The notes beneath the pieces were generated by a model. That model had not been told where the DNA came from, did no database searches, and was given only the letters and a program-made list of their open reading frames with translations. A stretch of DNA of 56,718 nt from a candidate division WOR-3 bacterium (GTDB lineage: Bacteria > Hydrothermota > Tepidihabitantia > SM23-42 > CAYGYG01): the NCBI GenBank assembly GCA_965648915.1, contig CBFGIV010000011.1:1-56718 (forward strand). The letters are read 5' to 3'. This document shows positions 10,238 to 18,804 of the stretch, piece after piece. The position numbers were made by a program, and so were the translations under genes. Within the stretch, counting starts at the first letter, position 1, and every line of letters begins with the position of its first letter.

Positions 10238-10654
10238 TTACTTTTCTTTGCGAATCGTCGCCACCGACATCCTGGTTCCACCCAGTCTCTTCACCAGATC
10301 CATAATCTGAAGGACCTGTCCGTGATAGACATCCTTGTCTGCTCGAATTATCACCATTCGATCACCCTTCTTTTCAAAAGCCGCTTTCAACAACTGCGGT
10401 AATTCCTCAATTGTCCCTTCCTTCTCATCCACCGCAATTCTCCCTTCAGGGTCTAAAGCCACGGTGATATTGACATCCTCACGGGCTTCAATTGTCCTGG
10501 CTTCGGGTAAATCAACCTTGAGGGGTGATACAACCATCATAACCGGAACTGTGACCATAAATATAATCACCAAGACCAAACAGATATCAACCAGCGGGGT
10601 AACATTGATATCGGTTATCGGTTCATCACTACCTTTGCCACCCTGCATTGCCAT
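10238..10654 (-). CDS. exbD: ExbD/TolR family protein
   Basis: [28 protein letters not shown]. Confidence 0.9.
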   Translation of the reverse strand: MAMQGGKGSDEPITDINVTPLVDICLVLVIIFMVTVPVMMVVSPLKVDLPEARTIEAREDVNITVALDPEGRIAVDEKEGTIEELPQLLKAAFEKKGDRMVIIRADKDVYHGQVLQIMDLVKRLGGTRMSVATIRKEK

Positions 10655-10663
10655 TTCTTCCTC

Positions 10664-11086
10664 CTAACCTTCACCGGTGCGCCGTTTCAGAATACACAAA
10701 TTTACCGCCCCTGCCTGTCGGGCCAGATCCAGAACCCAGACGACCCTTTCATGTCGAACCTCGGGGTCGGCGCTGATTGTAACCGTCTTTGTTGGACTGC
10801 GTAAAAGGAGTTGCTCAACCAAACTTGCAAGATTTTCTGCTTCGACCACCTCTTCATTAAGAACGATATGGCCTTCGGATGTGAGATATATATTAACTTT
10901 TACTTCAGTGGGCGCCTGCTGCGAGGCCGCCCTGGTCGCCTTGGCCCTGGTCACGGTTATACCCGAGAGATAGATTGCCGGAGCGAAACAGAGGAAGATA
11001 ATAACCAAGACCAGACAGATATCGACCAGCGGGGTAACATTGATTTCAGTTATCGGCGGTGTAAATTCGACACCCTTCTTCTTCAT
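10664..11086 (-). CDS. exbD: ExbD/TolR family protein (second copy)
   Basis: [25 protein letters not shown]...VLDLARQAG. Confidence 0.88.
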   Translation of the reverse strand: MKKKGVEFTPPITEINVTPLVDICLVLVIIFLCFAPAIYLSGITVTRAKATRAASQQAPTEVKVNIYLTSEGHIVLNEEVVEAENLASLVEQLLLRSPTKTVTISADPEVRHERVVWVLDLARQAGAVNLCILKRRTGEG

Positions 11087-11733
11087 TTAATTTCACCTCC
11101 GGCCGGATTTCTGTGCGCACCTTCAGAAATTAGAACAAGGAGTTCTTTGCTGGCGACTTCCATCTCCGTATAGAAATTTTTGACTTTGTTCATAAAGTAG
11201 TTAAAAAGAATTGCACAGGGGATAGCAACAAAGAGCCCCATCGCCGTTGTCACTAGGGCTTCAGCAATGCCAACCATTACCGCGGTTGGGCCAGCCGATC
11301 CTGCAACTTCTAAGAGTTTAAAGGCCCTGATAATCCCGATGACCGTCCCCAGCAATCCAATAAATGGGGCTGAGTTACCCAGGGTTCCTAACACACCAAG
11401 AAATCTTTCAAGGTGAATTCGTTCCAGCATCCTGGCTGCCTCCATCAATTCAGCGATATTTTCAGGTTTTTTGTCCCGGTTAGTAAGACCAATCTTAATC
11501 ACATTGGTGAGCGGGGTATTGATATAACTGCAGTAGTTTATCGCATCTTCGTAACGATTATGGGTAACTGATTGTTTGACCCGCTCCATAAACGATGTCG
11601 GATCCAATCTTATGCGACGGTATCGATAAAACCTCTCTAACATTACCGCTAAGGCAAGAATTGAACAACCGATCAATAGATCAAATACCGGGCTTATCTT
11701 CATAATCTCAACAATGCTGATACCAGCAATCAT
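11083..11733 (-). CDS. exbB: MotA/TolQ/ExbB proton channel protein
   Basis: APFIGLLGTVIGII; GIAEALVTTAMGLFVAIP. Confidence 0.92.
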   Translation of the reverse strand: MIAGISIVEIMKISPVFDLLIGCSILALAVMLERFYRYRRIRLDPTSFMERVKQSVTHNRYEDAINYCSYINTPLTNVIKIGLTNRDKKPENIAELMEAARMLERIHLERFLGVLGTLGNSAPFIGLLGTVIGIIRAFKLLEVAGSAGPTAVMVGIAEALVTTAMGLFVAIPCAILFNYFMNKVKNFYTEMEVASKELLVLISEGAHRNPAGGEIK

Positions 11734-11781
11734 CTTTATGCCTCCTTGCTATTATACCAATGAACATCCTGATTATTCCTG

Positions 11782-14631
11782 CTATCTACCGCGCTTACTC
11801 AGGACATCGATCCGTGCCTGAGCTGCACTTTTTATCTCCTGGTTGTTGCTCGATTTTAATATTAACTCATATACCTCAATCGCCTTACTCAGCTGTTTTG
11901 ACTTTTCATAGAGCAAAGCCAGTTGACTGAGAGCCTTGAGTTTAAATTGATTATCAATCAGATTTATGCCCTGTGTCTTACTGTATGCCTGAATCGCTTT
12001 CTGACTATTTCCAGTATTTCGATAACACTCACCAAGCAAATAATAGAGTTGAGCCGCATCATTGTCGTTAACCGGTTTTACTTCCTGAAGAACCGGCAGG
12101 GCCTCATTATATTTGCTATTTTCGACCAGGATCCGGGCCCGCTCAAGGTTCGCCTGGCTCTTCTTATCCGCTTCGGCTACACTACCTGCATACAGTTCAA
12201 GAGTGGTTGCCGCCTTGGTTTCGTCGCCCAATTTACGATGGCAGACCGCGACATTGAACCTGGCGTTCTCGGCATATTCTGAAGATGCAAAGGAATCGAC
12301 CACAACCTGGAAGTTTTTGAGGGCAAGATCGAATTTCTCAAGATGGAAATAACTCGTCCCGAGATTAAAAAAGGCCGCTGCCCTTTCCTTATGGTTAGGG
12401 AAATATTGCAAGTATCTTGAGTATGCCTCTGAGGCTCGTGCCCAATCTTTTAAGTTTACATAACACTCAGCAACCATAAGTTGAGCCTCGGGTGCCAGGG
12501 CACTGTTCGGGAAATTTATAACGACCCGTTGAAATTCCTCTGCAGCCAGGGAATAATTGCCCTGTTCAAAAGAACGGCGAGCCAGGTCCATCTGTCCATC
12601 CCCAGCCAGATCGCTCTGAGGAAAACGCTCAACAAAGATGCGCATATCAGCCGGATTATCAACCCCTTTACGATAATAACACATCTCCATGCCTTTCCGG
12701 GCGTTAGCGGCCTGATGGTCAGTAGGATAAAGGTCTAAAAATTTCTGATATTCACGAATTGCTTCATCATATTTTCTCTGATTATAGAAGGATTGAGCAA
12801 TTGCCAGTTGCGAAGAGACAGCAAATTTAGTATGGACATGATTCTCAACAACCCACCGGAATAAGGCAACTGCCTTATCATACTCACCGGCCTTAAAATA
12901 TGTATCACCGGCCCGAAAACCGGCCTCGCCCGCTTTGATCTCTTCAGGGAATGAACGGACCAGCTTCTCCCAGGATTCTATTGCCTGGGCATAATAGGTC
13001 AGCCGATAGTAACAGAGCCCCGCATAAAATAGACCATTAACCGCAGCCTCCCTTAGTTTAGGAAATTGATTGGCAATCGTTTCAAAGGCATCAAGTGCCT
13101 TCAGGTAATCACCGCTGTTGAAAAGGCTGTAACCATAACCAAGGTACGCCGCAACGGTAAAGATTGTATCTTTAGGAATAATATTGAGCAGTGATTTAAA
13201 GACCTCGACCGCCTCACTATTTCGGTCCTCATGATAAAGGCAATATGCCAGACCGAGCCGAGCATAGGGTGTAATTTCAAGACCATAAAAGTCTTTGGTT
13301 GCTTTCAAGTAGTTCTGCTCGGCTTCAGTATATTTACCGCCGTAGTAGTAACTTTCTGCCAGAAAGAAGATAAGTCGACCGCGCCACGGATCATTGACCA
13401 CTGGAAAATCTTTTAAATATTTAATACCGAGAGTGATTGCTCGCTCATAACTACCCTGGTTATTGAGTGAGGATAATAACATAACTGCACTCGGCTCACG
13501 CAAAGGTGATCTGGGATAGGTACTCAAAATATTCTCAAAATGATTTGCCGCCTGAACATAATTCTTGATCTTGAAATAGATCATCCCCGAGAGATAATCA
13601 CCAACACTTGAGAGTTCTCCGGTCGTAAACATCGTCACAAGTTGTGTGGAACTAACCAATGCCTGAAGTGTATCACCTGCCTTGAGCAAGGCCGATGTCA
13701 ATTGAAGATTGGCATAGGAAGCAATAGCTGTGTTAGGATAGTTGGCCCTCACCCGCTGAAAACTGGCAACCGCGCTCTGGGAGTTATCGAGCCGGGTCTG
13801 ACAGATACCTAAAAAGTAGTTGCTGTGGGCAGCCAAAAGATTATCCCGGTGTTTGGTAAGGGGAGCAAAATGTTCAATCGCCTCAGCATACCTTCCCTGG
13901 TGTAATAGACAGGCAGCAAGGAAATAATGGGCATAATCATAAAGGGGTGATTCCGGGAAATGGTTTATGAAATCAGCAAACTTTATCTTTGCCCCATCAA
14001 AATCCTGATTAAGGAAAAGAGCCTCGCCACTTGAAAAGTTGGCCAGCGTAGCAATTGGCGTGTTAGGAACTTCGGCCAGGACCTGCTTAAAATAACCAAG
14101 AGCAATCAGTGGCTTGCCCAGCATTGCATATGTCTTACCGAGATAAAACTTGGCTTCAGGACTTGATAGTTTAAGAAATTTTTTCTCGGCTGACAGAAAC
14201 TCCCGCCGGAAGTAATAAAGGACACCCATTGCAAAATTCGCCCTTTCTTCATCTTGATAGGCCGGATTTTTTAATAGCCGCTGGAGATATTCCTCAGCCC
14301 CCTTGAAGTCGCCTAACAGAACCGAGATTATACCTAAGGCATACAACGCTTCAGGCTCAAGATAGGAATCCTTTGTCTTTCTTAAAAGGTTTTCAAATTC
14401 ATCCCGGGCCCGGGCATATTCACCGAGATTGAAATAACATTCGGCCAGGCGAAACCTCAATTCCGCGCTGAATTCACTCTCCTGATAATTATGGAGCAGC
14501 GATTCAAAATGGCGCTGCGCTCCCCGGAAGTCCTTCTGCAGAAAGAGACGATGGGCGGTCTCATAAGATGCGGCGAGTTTTTCATAATTAACAATTTCGG
14601 TTAAAAAGAGGAGGATAAAAAAGGCCATCAC
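11782..14631 (-). CDS. Large periplasmic TPR protein (BamD/CpoB-like repeats)
   Basis: Short hydrophobic N-terminus followed by roughly 20 TPR-like repeats with YP-x-S/FP-x-S turns. Confidence 0.85.
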   Translation of the reverse strand: MMAFFILLFLTEIVNYEKLAASYETAHRLFLQKDFRGAQRHFESLLHNYQESEFSAELRFRLAECYFNLGEYARARDEFENLLRKTKDSYLEPEALYALGIISVLLGDFKGAEEYLQRLLKNPAYQDEERANFAMGVLYYFRREFLSAEKKFLKLSSPEAKFYLGKTYAMLGKPLIALGYFKQVLAEVPNTPIATLANFSSGEALFLNQDFDGAKIKFADFINHFPESPLYDYAHYFLAACLLHQGRYAEAIEHFAPLTKHRDNLLAAHSNYFLGICQTRLDNSQSAVASFQRVRANYPNTAIASYANLQLTSALLKAGDTLQALVSSTQLVTMFTTGELSSVGDYLSGMIYFKIKNYVQAANHFENILSTYPRSPLREPSAVMLLSSLNNQGSYERAITLGIKYLKDFPVVNDPWRGRLIFFLAESYYYGGKYTEAEQNYLKATKDFYGLEITPYARLGLAYCLYHEDRNSEAVEVFKSLLNIIPKDTIFTVAAYLGYGYSLFNSGDYLKALDAFETIANQFPKLREAAVNGLFYAGLCYYRLTYYAQAIESWEKLVRSFPEEIKAGEAGFRAGDTYFKAGEYDKAVALFRWVVENHVHTKFAVSSQLAIAQSFYNQRKYDEAIREYQKFLDLYPTDHQAANARKGMEMCYYRKGVDNPADMRIFVERFPQSDLAGDGQMDLARRSFEQGNYSLAAEEFQRVVINFPNSALAPEAQLMVAECYVNLKDWARASEAYSRYLQYFPNHKERAAAFFNLGTSYFHLEKFDLALKNFQVVVDSFASSEYAENARFNVAVCHRKLGDETKAATTLELYAGSVAEADKKSQANLERARILVENSKYNEALPVLQEVKPVNDNDAAQLYYLLGECYRNTGNSQKAIQAYSKTQGINLIDNQFKLKALSQLALLYEKSKQLSKAIEVYELILKSSNNQEIKSAAQARIDVLSKRGR

Positions 14632-15866
14632 TCTTCACCCTTAGGTTCAATCATCTCGATCGTCCCCTTCGGTCCGAGGGATTTAACCTCGGTCAGATAG
14701 TCATAGAATTCTACCTTCTCATTCCCACTGTCGATTATGATGATCTCATAATAATAATCGCCGTCCGGCACAACCCGCCCAACATCATCCAGCCCATCCC
14801 AGGTCAATCGCATCGGCGGCTTATCCCAGCCCGAAAATGTCCGAACTATCTCGCCCAGGTCATTTTTGATGACCAGTTGCCAGCGCTTAACCGGCTTTTT
14901 CGTCACATAATGAAGATTGAGCCAAACGATATTATCCTTCTGAGTGGGAGAAGGAGAAAACCTTCTGGCCGAAGGTTCAATCCAGGTCCTGAATCCACCA
15001 AAGTTCAGGATTAATCCGATCTTGTGGGTGAGGGGTAAGAGATAATTAGATTGGTGATGAAAAAGAATTGCGTAGTCAATTGCCAGAGATAGTTTACCCC
15101 AATCTTTTCTCAAGCCCAATCCAGCCGAGAGTTCATTCTTATCCACTCCACCCCTGAGTGTGACGATCGGCAGGAGGCGATATTCCAGGCCCATATGGGG
15201 AGTCAGACTGTTTGAACCCGGTTTCACCAGATCACCTAAGAGTATGATCTGATCTCGATAAAACTTCACCGCCGAACCAATACGAAAGGTGAGCGGAAAT
15301 ACATCTTCTACTGTATGGTATGTCAATTTGGGTCCAAAAAGATTCTGAACTACACCACCAAATGTAATCGAACCCTTAGGGAATAGAAAGAATCCTGCAT
15401 CACCACCTAAACCGACCGCACCAAAATTGGCAATATTGCTCGTGATCACTTTTATATTGCCACCCAGACCGAGTTCCTTTAAAAATTGATAGGCATAGGA
15501 GAAGATAACTCCATTCTGCCGGTAGGAATAGGTCCCAACGACTTCAGTCAAACTGACCCGCGACTCAACATCCTCTACCCCATGATTTATCAGGGTGAAA
15601 CCAAAATAACCAAATCTTCGGGTGGGAAATCCATAGCCTAAGTATTCCATTCTAAAGCCACCATAAAGTTGTGAATGGGCAAGTTTTAAATCGTGGCTCA
15701 TCAGTTGAACTAAACCGGCTGGATTATAATAACCGGCTTCGGCATCATTGGCCAGTCCGGTAAACGATTTACCCATACTGAGGGTGCGCGGAGTCAAACC
15801 ATAATTCAAAAAAGCACCGGGCATCCCACCATCACCAACCATAATCAGGAATAGAATAACTAACAT
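14628..15866 (-). CDS. PorV/PorQ-like outer-membrane beta-barrel fused to a C-terminal FlgD-like Ig domain
   Basis: GAFLNYGLTPRTLSMGKSFTGLANDAEAGYYNPAGL (PorV/FadL-type N-terminus), amphipathic beta strands, C-terminal WQLVIKNDLGEIVRTF...WDGLDDVGRVVPDGDY. Confidence 0.75.
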   Translation of the reverse strand: MLVILFLIMVGDGGMPGAFLNYGLTPRTLSMGKSFTGLANDAEAGYYNPAGLVQLMSHDLKLAHSQLYGGFRMEYLGYGFPTRRFGYFGFTLINHGVEDVESRVSLTEVVGTYSYRQNGVIFSYAYQFLKELGLGGNIKVITSNIANFGAVGLGGDAGFFLFPKGSITFGGVVQNLFGPKLTYHTVEDVFPLTFRIGSAVKFYRDQIILLGDLVKPGSNSLTPHMGLEYRLLPIVTLRGGVDKNELSAGLGLRKDWGKLSLAIDYAILFHHQSNYLLPLTHKIGLILNFGGFRTWIEPSARRFSPSPTQKDNIVWLNLHYVTKKPVKRWQLVIKNDLGEIVRTFSGWDKPPMRLTWDGLDDVGRVVPDGDYYYEIIIIDSGNEKVEFYDYLTEVKSLGPKGTIEMIEPKGEE

Positions 15867-15874
15867 CTCACCTC

Positions 15875-17554
15875 CTACCAGATAACACCGATTCGATGCT
15901 CTTTTTTAGTAATGATATTCGTGTGTGACCAGGCCTTCAGCTTTAACACATAGACACCACTCGCTACCCGCTGGCCTTTTTCATTCTTACCATCCCAGTC
16001 CATAACATTTGCTCCCATCCTCGCCCCGCGTGCCCCGGGCATAATCTCTTCCTTCTTTATCAGATTACCGAATGGGTCATAGATTGCCCAGAGGACATTA
16101 CAGGCCTGGGGCAGGTAATAGATGAAGACCATCTTCTTCTCATTATGACCAAAGGGGTTGGGATAAGAGATAATCCTCCCTTTAATGATCGATGTGTCGA
16201 GAATCGATACAAAGACCCGGGCATAATAAGAGAATGTATCAGCCATAATTTGAACCGTATCAATCTCATCCTGCGGAGGAAGTTCGCAAATAAAACGCCG
16301 GGCGATAAAACCAAGCGAATCAGTATAACCGATTGAGTCAATCATCCGGCCGCTGCCACTTTTAACCCTGAAATATGTCAATTTGCCCTTTATCGGGCTA
16401 TCATTTAAGTCAAGTACATTCACCCGGATCTCGGCCTCCTGCCCCGCCAGGACAGTATCAGGCACAACATCGACATTCATCTTTGCAGTTCGGGCTTCAA
16501 TTTTAATCAGGGTTGGATAGGATACTATTCCATTATTCAAGTCCCTTGCCCAGATATTCTGATTATCACCCGCAGTAAGGAAGGCCACCTGAAAACCGGC
16601 CTGACCGTTAGTGAGGTTGTTCTTCGGAGGAACAACTGTATCAGGGAAATTGGATAGTATTACAATCGTATCCTGAGGTGCTGATGTCCGATTCCAGCAG
16701 GAGTCAACCGCATAAACCGTAACTGGAAAGAATTCTCTCAGATATTGAACAGGCGGCCCAATGCTCGATTTACCCGGGGTGTTGATTGTTTGAGTGGTTG
16801 TATCACCGGGCAGATGGATTTCGTTAGGAAGAAGGACCAGCAATTGACTGAAATTTCCAGCAACCACCGGCACATAAGAACTTGTATCTCCAATACCCGG
16901 TCGATTTCGATCACTTGCAAATATTCGCTGGCCCGACACCAGGGCAGTCCTGAGTGTAGCCGAAAAGATACCCTGACCATTACCATTTAATCGCCCCATT
17001 GGAATCAGCGCAAAATTATCAGATGAAGAGAAGACTATCGTATCACTTCCAAAATTTACCGGGTTAGTCCAGATATCAGTAAGATAGACCGTGATGCTGA
17101 ACTGATAACCTGCGGTTTGAATCTGAACTGAACCCAATCTGCGACTGAGCGAATTAAATACACCGGGTGCACCAGGCTGAATTACTTCATTCGGACAGAG
17201 GACCAGCAATCGAGCCGGCGCATTGGGTTGCCCGGTCATCAAACCACTTATTCCATAACGACCACCGGGTTCTTCACATCTCAACCTGATTGTATCGGCC
17301 AGGGTAATAAGAACATTGCCTCTCCAGTAACCGTTATTGAAATTTACAATTTTGTAACTGAAATGGTCACTCCGGGTTGCCTTAATTGTCGCCCCTCCCG
17401 AATAGGGATAGATGCTTCCGCCTGCATCCCGGGCTGTGACCACTATCCGGAAAGAATCACCCGCGGTAAAGGTATTTGGGATTGTATCAAATTGAAAAGT
17501 ACTTAATTGACCTATGCAAAGGGTGATCCAAAGAAGAAAGAATATTTTTTTCAT
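15875..17554 (-). CDS. Secreted Ig-like repeat protein with FlgD/T9SS-like C-terminal domain
   Basis: Signal peptide; repeated LLVL-x-PNE...AG-x-F-x-TVY-x-D-x-WN units; YPNPF...IYDPFGNLI...WDGKNEKGQRVASGVY; SD AGGAG. Confidence 0.75.
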   Translation of the reverse strand: MKKIFFLLWITLCIGQLSTFQFDTIPNTFTAGDSFRIVVTARDAGGSIYPYSGGATIKATRSDHFSYKIVNFNNGYWRGNVLITLADTIRLRCEEPGGRYGISGLMTGQPNAPARLLVLCPNEVIQPGAPGVFNSLSRRLGSVQIQTAGYQFSITVYLTDIWTNPVNFGSDTIVFSSSDNFALIPMGRLNGNGQGIFSATLRTALVSGQRIFASDRNRPGIGDTSSYVPVVAGNFSQLLVLLPNEIHLPGDTTTQTINTPGKSSIGPPVQYLREFFPVTVYAVDSCWNRTSAPQDTIVILSNFPDTVVPPKNNLTNGQAGFQVAFLTAGDNQNIWARDLNNGIVSYPTLIKIEARTAKMNVDVVPDTVLAGQEAEIRVNVLDLNDSPIKGKLTYFRVKSGSGRMIDSIGYTDSLGFIARRFICELPPQDEIDTVQIMADTFSYYARVFVSILDTSIIKGRIISYPNPFGHNEKKMVFIYYLPQACNVLWAIYDPFGNLIKKEEIMPGARGARMGANVMDWDGKNEKGQRVASGVYVLKLKAWSHTNIITKKEHRIGVIW

Positions 17555-17628
17555 ATCTACTCCTATGTTAAGACCTATAATCTTGATAAGTCATATTTAG
17601 CACAGCCAACGGTGATAAAAGTACATAT

Positions 17629-17656
17629 AATATATTCACATCATGTATTTTGTCAA
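17629..17656 (-). promoter_or_regulatory. Probable sigma-70 promoter of the FlgD-PorV-TPR-ExbBD-TonB operon
   Basis: TTGACA-N16-TATATT, about 75 bp upstream of ATG 17554. Confidence 0.55.
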
Positions 17657-17746
17657 TAAGAATTAAAATGTCAGAAAAAAACCAGAACGCGGATCCTCGG
17701 TTAGATAAAGTCTATCCTGCCATTCAATAATAATTGACAGGGCAAA

Positions 17747-18646
17747 CTACTCTATTTTTATAACTTTTCTTTCAGCCATCTGTCTGCCTATGATAAATCG
17801 GCAAAAATAGACACCGGGGAGAACCTCTTGACCGTTTTTATCTTTACCATCCCAGATCAGGATCGAAGATTTTTTTACCGAAAGAGACCGAATCAAATTG
17901 CCACTTACGTCATAGATATTCAATCTACCATCAGATACTTTTGCACTAATTCTAATCATCGTTTGATGACTGAACGGGTTAGGCGAATTTTCGATCAGCA
18001 TCGGGTGGTTTAAAAGATTTTTAGACTCTTCTTCAACTTCGCTTGCTGAGTAATATACAGTCAAATAGGGTCGCTGGGCACTATCACCGTATTCATGAGG
18101 CCGAAAACAAATACTCATAATACCTCCTGGTGGTGTGGAGAAGCCTAGCGATAGAGAATCATTAAAATCGCCCTTATCAAGCGGATCGCCACCTTGCAGT
18201 GAATACTCGCTTATTTTAATACTTGTATAGGTGCGAGCTGCGTTGTAATCTCGAAGGAACATTGTCTTGAGGTCGACAGATTTTGTCAAACCTACAGACA
18301 TTCCAAACCCTGATGGTTGATGTGTTAAGTCAGAAGTAGAGATATTCCATATTGTTCGATAGTCATCAGCCTCGGTCCAAGTCTGACTGTTTACATTCCA
18401 GAAAACTACATTACCAGTCCAACTGGGATAAACCCGGTGCACATAAACTTGAAGGTAGACCGAGTCGATCTTCATCCCGACTGGAACTGCAGAAATGTTG
18501 AATTTCAGAAATGCGTGATCGGCCATAGGTGGATCCACATGGGTTGTAATATAAACATCTTCAGATGCTTGTAAGATTATACGTTCACCAACACCCACGA
18601 CAAAGGAGACGAATATCATAACGACCAAAAACATCGTCTTTTTCAT
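17747..18646 (-). CDS. Secreted protein with DNRLRE/CBM96-like N-domain and FlgD/T9SS-like C-terminal domain
   Basis: Signal peptide, SD AAGGAGG; EDVYI...AFLKFNIS-x-VP...IDSVYL...WTE...RPYLTVYY; SPNPF...IYDVSGNLIR...WDGKDKNG...PGVYF...KVIKIE. Confidence 0.72.
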   Translation of the reverse strand: MKKTMFLVVMIFVSFVVGVGERIILQASEDVYITTHVDPPMADHAFLKFNISAVPVGMKIDSVYLQVYVHRVYPSWTGNVVFWNVNSQTWTEADDYRTIWNISTSDLTHQPSGFGMSVGLTKSVDLKTMFLRDYNAARTYTSIKISEYSLQGGDPLDKGDFNDSLSLGFSTPPGGIMSICFRPHEYGDSAQRPYLTVYYSASEVEEESKNLLNHPMLIENSPNPFSHQTMIRISAKVSDGRLNIYDVSGNLIRSLSVKKSSILIWDGKDKNGQEVLPGVYFCRFIIGRQMAERKVIKIE

Positions 18647-18713
18647 ACAAACCTCCTTGCGCTTATTTATTTAGCATCTTTATTATATTAAAAAATGCCC
18701 ATTTTTTATTTAC

Positions 18714-18746
18714 CCCTATCAAAATAATCCCTGATATTTGATAGGG
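18714..18746. promoter_or_regulatory. Inverted repeat between divergent promoters, candidate operator
   Basis: CCCTATCAAA-N13-TTTGATAGGG, perfect 10-bp arms. Confidence 0.45.
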
Positions 18747-18769
18747 TTATGTTCTTTGATGCTTGTCAC

Positions 18770-18798
18770 TTGACAACTTACCTAATTTTTTCTATAAT
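18770..18798 (+). promoter_or_regulatory. Sigma-70 promoter of regulator 1, leaderless
   Basis: TTGACA-N17-TATAAT-N6-ATG(18805). Confidence 0.75.
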
Positions 18799-18804
18799 AT
18801 TTCC

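Noticed and set aside
17735..17750. c-di-GMP-I riboswitch-like CAGGGCAAAC
   Set aside because: Downstream elements are absent and the sequence runs into the end of a coding gene.
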